From Lama guanicoe (lineage: Eukaryota): a stretch of 64,000 bases of DNA. How positions within the stretch are numbered: position 1 is the stretch's first letter; each line of letters opens with the position of its first letter. Under the pieces are notes generated by a model. The model was not told the DNA's origin. It saw only the letters and a program-made list of their open reading frames with translations, and ran no database searches. The stretch spans positions 4,179,371 through 4,243,370 of the forward strand of contig MU054338.1 in NCBI GenBank assembly GCA_013239625.1, written 5' to 3'. The position numbers were made by a program, and so were the translations under genes. This document shows positions 54,351 through 64,000 of this stretch, one piece after another.

Positions 54351-55380
54351 TAACCAAAAAAAGGGATGGGGGGGTTAGGAAAGCACAATGCGCCTGCAGA
54401 AAACTATTTTCTCTTATAATTCCGTTTTCTTAAAAAAAAAAAAACCAACACAACACAAAGCTTGTAATTTCCAATCACCGTTATCAGGCGTTTACAACAT
54501 CTATAAAGAACAAACATCTGCTTCAAACGTCTATGGGGAGAGAGAGACGGCACCCAGCAGACACGGGCAGGTTTTGTTATCATTTATTTGTGAAGTTAAA
54601 AACGAGCGATAAAAAGTAAAAACTGCCATACAATTTTTTGTTTTGTTTTCCATTTGTGTTCAGTTTCAATGTCCCCTTGAATAGATGAAACAAGACAGAC
54701 AAGTCCTGGGGAGGGGGGAGGGCCGGGGGGAGCTGAGCTGGGGCAGAAGGAGGAGCGAGAGGAGGAGCAGAGAGGCCGAGGGGCTGCCTGGCGTGGGGCG
54801 GGGGGGCACCTTTTCCTGCAATATCAATACCTGGTCCAAGGAATGTTCCAACTCTAACTAAAAAAAAGAAATAGCAAGAGTGACTTTTTTTTCCTTTTTA
54901 GAAGTTTATTTTAAAAACATGAAGAGGGCCAAGGGTGGTAGTAGGGAGTGAATGAATTGCTTTCTCCTGAAAGAGGCAGTTTCAGGAAGGTGGGGGGGAA
55001 ATAGAGATTTTTATATATATATATAATTTTATAAGTTTTGCTTTGCTTTTTTTTTTAAATTTTTTTTTTACTTTTTGCAGAGATTTAGTTCTCGCTATCT
55101 TCTATGGCTGGCTCAACATGAAGGATCCCAATTTTGAAAGAAAAAATGCATGTGAGACACAGAATGAGCGAGAGAGCGAGAGGCCGGCACTGCCCGCGCC
55201 GCGGCCTCGGGCCGCTCCCAGCGAGGGCTCCCCAGGCACCCCCTTGGCAGCCCTCGCTCTCTCAACAAACAAACGGAAAAAAAAAAACAAACCAAAAAAA
55301 AAGAAAAGCCCCCAAACAGAACAAAATGGAAAAAAAATAATAAAAGATTTTCACAGATGAAGAGGTTCACATTCATTCGT

Positions 55381-58300
55381 TCATTGAGCCTGCGGAGAGG
55401 GAAGAGATAGGAATTGGTCACTACGGGGAGGGCGGGGGGCAGTGGCCAGGAGGGGCCAGGAAGCCCCTCTCCCGAGCCGGCCTGTGGCGAGCGCAGGCTG
55501 GAGGGGTGTGTTTGTGGCTGTCTAGTCAGTGCTCCAGGGACTTGGCTGAAGTCAGACTGGCTCCTTGATGGAGGAGAGAGTGACACAGAGACGAGGAGCA
55601 GCAGCATGGGCTGCAGAGAGAGAGGGGAGGGATGAGGGGAGAGAGAGAAACAGAGAGAGGGAGGGAGAGTGGTGGCCGGGGGTGCGGGCAGGGAGAAGCG
55701 CTCAGGGTCGGGGAGGGGGGGGTGGCCCTCTGTCTCCAGAAAGGCGGCGGCTCCGGCGCATCACAACATCAACAATCAGAGACCACGGTGTCCCCACAAC
55801 ACCCCTGTGAGGTAGGTTGGAAGGTGGCAGCGATCGTCATGCCCACTTCACAGACAAGACCGGGACACGGAGGCGGACGCCGGAGCAGAGGAGGCCAAGC
55901 CCAGGCGGAGTGGGAGGGCCGGGCCCTCGGAAGGCTCCCTGCGTCCCTGCCCGAGCCACAGCCGGCCCGCACCGGGCCACTTGCAGCACACACAGTCACG
56001 TGGACACGCGGGGAAAGATCGTGGGTTTAAAAATAAAAGAATAAAAAGAACAAAACCCTTAAAAGTAATGTAGACAGGAGAAAAAATATCCGTTTTCTTC
56101 CCTAGTGGCCAGATTTTGAGTGAGAGAGTTAGCAGCCAGGATGGCGACCAACGTCTGAGCGGACGGCCTTCCCCCCCAGGACTACCCACCAGTTCAACAG
56201 TTCCTCCTTTATTTGTTTCGAGCTCTCCCCCAGCGTCACGACAGCGTTACACAGGAACAAGCGGGCCGGCGGAGGGAGGCCTCTTCGTTTAACCTCTGGA
56301 CCCAGCGCACACTTCCCCCGGCTCGTGGGGACTCCCGGAGACCTCTGGCCACACGGCCCCGCTGCAGGCATCAAGGACACACCCCGCAGGGGAAGGGATT
56401 TCCGGCGCTACCCACTAAGGCAGGATGGACGGTAGCCGGGGGTTGGAAGGAAAAAGGAGGAGGAGGAGGGTGGCAATTCCCACTTGCCTGCTGCTGTCCC
56501 TGCTGTGTGGGTGGAGGCTGGGGGCCACCAGGACCTGGAGTCTGTCCGTAGTAAGCGGCTTGCTGTCTGTAATATTCAGCCCAGGCGGCGCTGTAGTCTG
56601 GCTGAGAGCCTGGGGGTGCTCCCGGACCCCCTCCGGTGGCCACTTGAGCTGTGAGGGGGCAGAGGGTGGGTGAGTGTGGCTGCTGTGAGGCCGCACCTGG
56701 CTCTGCCCCCCACGGCCCCACGACTCACCCTGCTTCTTGTAGTACTCCTCCCAGGCCTTCGTGTAGTCCTGCTGTGGGGGCGCTCCGGGCTGCTGGGGCT
56801 GCTGGCCTGTGAGGTGCGCACTGAGGTCAGCGGGCAGCGTGGGGACAGGCCGGCTGGCCGATGGCCAGCCTGCCCCTCTGGCTGACCCGAGCCCCCGCGG
56901 CGGCCCATGCACTCACCAATCTTTTTGTAATACTCTTCCCAGGCCTTAGTGTAGTCCGACTGGCCGGCAGGTGGGGGCTGCGGGGGCTCACCCTGGGCAG
57001 GCGGGGCCGCGGGGGCCGGTGCTGGGCCGGGCACGGGGCCCGGGGGCTGCTGGTAGTAGTGTGAGTAGTAGGCGGCCCAGGCGGCGTTGGGGTCTGCGGC
57101 GGCAGCTGCAGCTTTATCTGTGGGAAGAGGGCGTGTGGCCTGAGGGGCGGCGCAGGAGGCCGGTCCTCCCCACTCCCCTGGTAAGGGCTTTACTTACTCG
57201 GGTCATGAGGAGCAGGCGGTTGCCACTGGGGGTAGGTATTGCCCCAGCCCTGGGGTGGGTACTGGTGAGGAGGGGGGCCTCCGGCACTGCAGGATGAGAA
57301 ATGGGAACACTGAACCGCGCAGTGGATGGCTGCAGGTGGGAAGCAGGCCCAGACCACCACCTGTGCGGAGCGGTGGGTTCCAGGCCCAGGGAAAGGTGTG
57401 AGATGAACCACGCAGAAGACACACACAAGCTGCGTGGGCCCAAGGACGCAAAATTCCCGCAAAGGCAACATGCAGAGATTCACACACGGGGAGGAGACCA
57501 GGGTCAACATCCAGAGCATCCTCTGAAAAGGGTGCCCAGGGGGAGGGTACAGCTCAAGTGGTAGAGTGCATGCTTAGCACACACGAGGTCCTGGGTTCAA
57601 ATGCCATTACCTCCTCCAAAAAGAAAAAAATTATAAAAATAAATAAACCTAATTACCTCCCCACCACCAAAAAAAAAACTAAAAAGAAAATGGTGTGTAT
57701 AAAACGGGGCGGGATTGGATGCGTTTGCACTTCTACAAGGTGGGGTGGACCTCTTGGTGGTGACAGAGTGGGACTGCTGCTCTTCTTGCCAGCACAGTGA
57801 CCCCCCTTGTCCCAAATCCCTGGGAGCTGGCAGGCATACTCACTGAGGGGGAGCTCCGGGTGGCCCCTGATTGAAGGGCCCGGGGTTGAAGGGCCCCATG
57901 GGGCCGGCAGGGCCTGGTCCCCCTGGGCCTGGTCCTACTGGGCAGAGGGGACCCTGGTGGAAGGAGAACCAGACGAGGTCAGCGGGGTGGGAGACAGGAG
58001 CTGGGCCCAGGCTCCCAGAACCCCTCTGAGCCCACCTCAATCTTCTCCTCAATGAGCTGTTTGGCATGGTCAATCTGCTGGGGTGAACCCCGGATGATGA
58101 ACAGTTTGAAGTTGGGGTCCCCATTGGGTGGCAGCTGCCGAGAGATCTCCACGAAGGCGCCTGTTTGCTGGTTTATGGCTTTCACGTTCTCGCCACCTGT
58201 GGGAGCCACAGGCAGTGAAGGGCGGGCGGGAGGAGAGCCGGTGAGGGATGGAGCCCACGTAGGGGCCTACTCACCTCTGCCGATGACCAGCCCGCACTTG

Positions 58301-61300
58301 TGAGTGGGGATGGAGAAGGTCATCTCCCCACCTGGAGGCCCCCAGTTGCCTTGGCCCCTTCCTCGACCTCGGCCCCCTGGGGGCATGCCAGGACCCCCCG
58401 GAGGGCCTGGGGGACCGCTCTGCAAGGGAGGGAGGAGACAGAGGGTGAACAAAGGAAGCCAGCCCGGCCCCTCCACCCCAACCAGCTTCTCGGCCCACCC
58501 ACACCACCTACCCTGAGGCTCTGGAGGAGATCATTGATGATCCGTGCTGCGTGCTCGCACCGGTCTGGGGGCCCCATTATGTGAGCGATCTTCTCGGGAC
58601 CCGTCCCGTCATCTGAGGCAGTGCCCAGAGAGCAGACACGCGGTTACAAAAGAAGCCCAACTCCAACCCCACAACACCACCTCCGGGAGACACCGGGCCA
58701 AGCCACACATCGGGAATATTTCAGACTCGAAGTGCCGCTCGCCACTCTCCCAATATTTAGGAGCCAGGAAGGAGGCTGGCAGGCCCACAATCCCAGAGAA
58801 GGAAACCAACCAGCTAAGGCGGGCTGGCGGATGAGACTACTTCCTGCACTTGGTACCCCTAGACCTAAGGGATGCACGTTACACAACTAAAAACAGTAAC
58901 AAATGTCTGGAAAGCACAGAGGGGTCCCTCCAGCCCACAGACCTGCTGTTCAGACACGCTCACTGAGGCCTGGCAGGAGCCCAGAGCTGGGGCTACAGCC
59001 TCCAATTCAGCTGGGGGCCCAGGCCACCCTGGCCCTTTGCTGGGGGAGAGGGAAACACACCCACCGTGGATTTGGAAAGTGTGCCCGTTGCCTGCTTTCC
59101 CCCGTGGCTGTCCCATGGAGGGCGCAGGGGCCAAGGCACATCCTGCTGGTCTGGGAGTAATAAGGCACCACACAGAGGCTCAACAGGCTGACCCTGGTGC
59201 CAAGCTGCCCAGAGTGGACCCCAAGAGTGTTCCTCACAGGACAGGACTGTGACCCAATGCCTGGTGGAAACCTGGGCTGGCCCTGACCTTGCTTAAACTG
59301 GATCCGCACGCCAGCATCGTTCTGGATCTTCTTGATCATCTCTCCACTCCGGCCGATGACCACGCCCACAGAATGCCGGGGCACTGGCACCTGGGGGAGG
59401 GCGGGACACAGGAGTGTCAGCTGGGTTCCGTGTCCACCATCTGCTGCCCTCCGCTGCCCATGAGCCAACCTCCATCCACCTCGGGAGGCCCGCACTCACA
59501 TCGATGCCCCCACCGATCCGAGATCCATACTCATTCCGGTCCCCAAAGCCACCCTGGTCACGCTCCCGAAGGATGTCCATCACCATCTCGCAGGCTTGCT
59601 GCAAACACACGAGGCATGGCGCACACGCAAGCACCGTCGCCCTAGTCTCCCATATCCCCAGGGGTCACTGGTCTAAGCTATGGACCGACACACGTATGCC
59701 AAGCTCTTTATCTGCTGCCCTGAGAGACAGGCATGGTGAGCACCCCATTTTTCAGAGAAGAAAGTGGAAGATCAGAGTTCAGGCCACCTGCTCACGTACA
59801 AACGGTTGAGAGGTAGAGATCAGCATGAGAACACGAGTTGGGGGCTGGCCTCAAAGCCAGTGTTCCTGGAAACCTGCCCCCTGCCTACAAACCTGCCACC
59901 TGCCTGCCCGCTCTCTTTCCCAGAACCCTCCAACCCCGGGGTGCACTCACCTGCACTTTGTAAGGATCTCCGATGATCCGGAGTGGTTTGTCCACATTCG
60001 TGTTCTGGGAACCATCTTGGATTAAAATCATCTTCACTCCAGCTCGTTCCTTTACAACCAAGCTTGATAGTCAGAGCTAAGCTTTCAAAGGACTTTCTAA
60101 GGCATTGGGGTGGGGGGTTGGCATGACCAAAAAAGATAAAGGACTCTGGTAAAGCAGTTGGGGGTGGTGGCGTGCAGACATGCAGACCCAGGAAGGAAGC
60201 TGTCTTGTGATGGAAGGAGCCTCTGTCCCACCCCCTCACCTGCAGCTGCTTAATCGTCTCCCCGCCTTTGCCGATGACCAGGCCAGCCTTCCCTGCGGGG
60301 ATCATGATCTCCTGCACCGTGCCGTTCTGGCCCCCATTGGCATTGTCATGGAACTGTCCTGGGGGGCCCCCACGACCCCGAGAGACGATGTCATCCAGCA
60401 TCATCTTTGCCTTCCTGGGAAGGGGCAGAACGGGGCGCTGTCACTCGGGGGAGTACTGGCCCGGCAGCCCGACCTGGGTCCCAGGGAAGGTGACTCCAAC
60501 ACGCGCTCTGGTGAGACTACCAGAAAGGGGTCTTATCCCTGGGGCTATTCAAGCTCATGTCCCCCAGTCTCATGAGTCAGAGAAGTCACTGCCAATACAG
60601 TTCCCTGGAAAGGGCAGAGGTGGAGGAACATGGTGTGGGAGTCACTGCCACCTTCAAAGGGGTACCGAAGGCTTCTGCCTGCTCCTCCCACTGCAATGAC
60701 AGGCCCAGTTGGGGACTTACTGGACAGATTCTGGGGCTCCTGTCAAGGACACACTGCGCTCGGGCAGACCGCCACTGTCTGGAAAGGAGAGAAGAAAGGG
60801 TTAATGCCTCCCTGGGTGTGCGGTGGCCACCAGGAGGATCTTCCAGAGATAAAGAGACTTCCAGAACAATCAATGACTACTTCTGCCACCATCCAGCACC
60901 CTGACATCAGTTTATCTCCCCAAACACCTGAGAGACTACTCTATGCAAGTCTAAAATCCAGAAGCTTAAAGTCCAGTAAGGGAGACAGAACTTTCAGGGA
61001 AAAGGATGAAGTGGAAGGAGAGTTAGATTCCAGAAGCTCTAAAATCTGCTCCTTCCATCACCACCGACAATCACAGGGGTACCTTCCAGTCAACGAGCTT
61101 CCCATATCAGGGCAAGCGCTCAGGGACCCGGGCAGAGTAGGCACTTGCCAAAGAGCACCCAGAACTGGATCTGCACCCAGATCCGACCTCAAAACTGTTA
61201 TTTTTAAACAAGCTTCTCTGCCTCACACATCCCCGTGTATTTCCCACCAGTTTAGTTCAGGCTGCAACTTAACCTAATGGTTCAGAGCTTGGTCTGGAGT

Positions 61301-64000
61301 GAGGCTCCAAGTCCTCAAAGCTAGGTCTTGCACCTCAGCCCCCGACCCCCATCCTAAAAAGGAAGAAAACAAGAACTGCGGCTATACCTCGAGGCACTGT
61401 GCTAGTTGAGATACTACACTGGGCCCGTGCGTACAGCGGGCTCAGGGCTCAGTCAACACCGGCCCATTCCACTTCCACCAACCACGCGCTCAAGGGATTA
61501 ATAAAGAAGAGGGCCAAGAGCTGCGCCCCGCCCGGGATTTGCTCTCATACCTGGAGAGATCTGCACTTTGCAGCCTGAATCCTGCTGTATTTTGTTAATC
61601 TGTTCGCCTCCTCTGCCAATGACTAGGTAAAGAAAAAAAGAGAAACAGAGCGTGATGAGGGGGGCCTGGTGCTGAGAAGACTGCGTGAAGGGGGTTCCTA
61701 GCCCTGCTGAGAGCCCCACCACCCTCCCTGCCAAGAGAGGATGGGTGAGAGAGAGCACGAAACGGGCTCTATCAGACCAAAGGTCTTTGGGCTGGCAGGG
61801 GTTCCCGGGAGACTGCCCCAAGGTGGGGATAGCGGGTATCCCTGACCACGGCGACCCACACTCACTTAGTCCCACCATGCCGTCAGGGACCCTGTACTCT
61901 TCTGTCATTGAAGTCCTGCAAAGAGACAATGAAAGTCAGTTTCAAGGAGGAAAGAAGTGGAGAGGGGATGGAAGAGCCAGAGGGCCTCCTGGAGAAATAC
62001 CCCTCAAAGCCACCACAGGCCCTGCCCTAGGGGGCCCTTGATGCTTCTAGCCTCTGACCCTGCTTCCTATGACATGAGGACCAAGACCCCACAGGCCAAA
62101 GTAGAGTCTCACAACAGCACGGGAGCTCCCTCACCCTGCAGCCAATCAATGAACCTTTCAAGGCCTCAGTCTCCCCATCAGGGCCACAAGAGGCTTGGTC
62201 TGCAGCAGCGTGATGCCTTGGACCAGTGCTGCCCCACTGGCTTAAGGCGAGAGCAAGAACCTGGACACTCACAGCAATCTGACCATGTCACCTGACATCT
62301 GTTGATTTTAATTAAAACAAAACTGGTTTTGTATCTTTCTCATTTCATTTTCCTAGTAAGTTGTTTTTACTGCATTTAACAACACTTTAGCCAATTTTGG
62401 GGGATGGGGGGAAGAAACAATCTGGTCCTTCACAAAAGATCCTATGTCAGATTCACCAAAGTCATTTTGGGGCAAAAAGGTAGGCAAGACCCACTGTCCC
62501 GCTTTCTGGGCCCCACCAACTCTCAGGGCACAAGCATCTGCATAAGACGGATGAGAAAGCTGAGGCCCGTCCACGGCCTCCTCTAGGAGGGGTGCCTGTG
62601 CTTCTGAGCATCCCCACTCCAACAGAGGAAGCAAGAGGGTGCAGAGACCACCCGTTCTCGTTACAGCCAGCAGCCACAACCTGTCCTCCCTACAGACAGG
62701 AGAGTACAAAGAACAGATGAAACTCCTTTGCCTTTCAGGCCTCTTCCTGGTCGACCAGCAATGGAGAAAAAGCCCTAAGCGACGTGGCCCTCAGACAGAG
62801 CTCTCCCTCAAGTCCATAAGAAAGGCCAGAGACAGCGAGGAAACAACATGTTCTCCAAATCACAACTTACCTGGGGGGAGGATGGATGGGGCCCAGCTGA
62901 GAACTGATGGCTGCAGAGAGAAAATCCAAAGGAGAGATTGGCCTGGCTCTTCTTTGGGACCCCGAACACTGCCGGCCCCAGGCGCTCCTGCCTGCACGAG
63001 GGGCACCTAGCACCCCTCATGGTGCTTCTGAGCCTTCCTGAGCGCGACGGAGCCTGCCTCATGACAGCACACGCGCTGAGATTTCTGCCTCAGTTTCCAA
63101 GCGCTGGGATCTCTAAAGCTCATGGACCCCACATGACAAACACCAAGAACCTCCATAAAGGAGAGGTGCTGTCTGCTCAGTACTGCCAACTCCTGACAGC
63201 TACACCCTCCTAAGACCCTGAAGTCGCCCTCAGCCTGTGTCACCCAATGCACTTACAGTCTCCCTGGGAAGCCAGTTTTTTGCTCTCTGGTTGGTCTGTG
63301 AAAAGAAAGAGGACGTCAGATGCAGCACCCACCCACCCACAGCTGCCTCAAATCAGATGCTGGTGCCTCCTGTCCCGGCAAACAACCCTCTTGCTCCCCA
63401 CCCCCCACACCAGGACCAAGGCCAGAGAGTAGCAGAGATCGACCTCAGAGGGGACCAGACTTCATCAAACCCACCACTAGTACTCAGGAATAAAAACCCC
63501 TTTGTAACAGGGGGAAAATGATGGTGGCCCTGAGTCCTTCCAGCTAGGACCAAACCTGACTTGGGGAAGTCAGGCTAATGACCAGGCTGAGCATTTTAAA
63601 TGCGCTGGGTAACACTGCATGCCCTACGGCAGCTAAACTGTACTCATGTGGAGCCTCAGTACAGCTGCCAGCATCTCACTGGAGTAACAATCTTGAGAAC
63701 TTACAACTTGGACCTGGTCACGATCAACCTGCCCTCCTCTCAGCCACCTGATACCTCAGGGCGACAGGCCGAACAAAAAGAATGAACAAAGCTGGGATTG
63801 CTGAGGTTTTAAAAGACCAAATGGCAGCACCCCCCCCCAACTCTGAACCACATTCAAACAAAGGCACTTTACTCTCGGCCCCTTGGCCCTTTCAGCAGGT
63901 CGTTACCTCCATCTTCCAATTGCCTCTTTTGGCCCCCAAAACCAAAATCAGGAGTGCTGTTATTCACCGTTGTAGCAGCATCGCCCCCAATTTTGGCTGC
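55381..64000 (-). CDS. KHSRP: KH-type splicing regulatory protein (FUBP2), exons 2 (partial) to 20
   Basis: Exons >64000-63907, 63295-63257, 62910-62871, 61915-61866, 61622-61551, 60778-60721, 60414-60240, 60049-59951, 59598-59500, 59390-59288, 58612-58512, 58419-58275, 58196-58036, 57953-57844, 57286-57198, 57117-56917, 56806-56729, 56648-56488, 55389-55381. Four KH GxxG loops (IIGRGG, VIGKGG, VIGRSG, VIGRGG) and AWxxYY repeats. Alternative stop at 56371 if the last intron is read through. Confidence 0.97.
57539..57690 (+). mobile_element. tRNA-Ala-derived SINE in KHSRP intron 15
   Basis: GGGGAGGGTACAGCTCAAGTGGTAGAGTGCATGCTTAGCACACACGAGGTCCTGGGTTCAA...AAACCTAATTACCTCCCC. Confidence 0.85.

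Overview
Mammalian genomic DNA, probably camelid: there are about 14 copies of a tRNA-Ala(AGC)-derived SINE resembling Vic-1. Gene order is ACER1 exon 1 (-), about 16 kb of repeat-rich intergenic DNA, CLPP (+, 6 exons), ALKBH7 (+, 4 exons), PSPN (-, 2 exons), GTF2F1 (-, 12 coding exons), an unnamed 5-exon AK1-like adenylate kinase gene (+), and KHSRP (-, exons 2-20, 5' end outside the window). This order matches my recollection of the human 19p13.3 block. All exon structures were derived by hand from splice sites and reading-frame phase. The most interesting element is the AK1-like locus at 39895-53502. It sits head-to-head with GTF2F1, has RFX X-box and CRE motifs upstream, encodes an MGLCKSK myristoylation/palmitoylation-type N-terminus, has altered AMP-site and LID residues, and carries a single +1 frameshift in a G6 run. 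It is a candidate membrane-anchored ciliary/flagellar adenylate kinase paralog, either intact with an assembly error or recently pseudogenised. Other points: an apparent precise intron loss in GTF2F1, a GC-AG intron with intronic poly(A) switching the KHSRP C-terminus, an open retained intron in PSPN, a phased CCAAT array at ALKBH7, and a rearranged Tigger4 copy. Repeat family names come from recalled consensus sequences and repeat boundaries are approximate.
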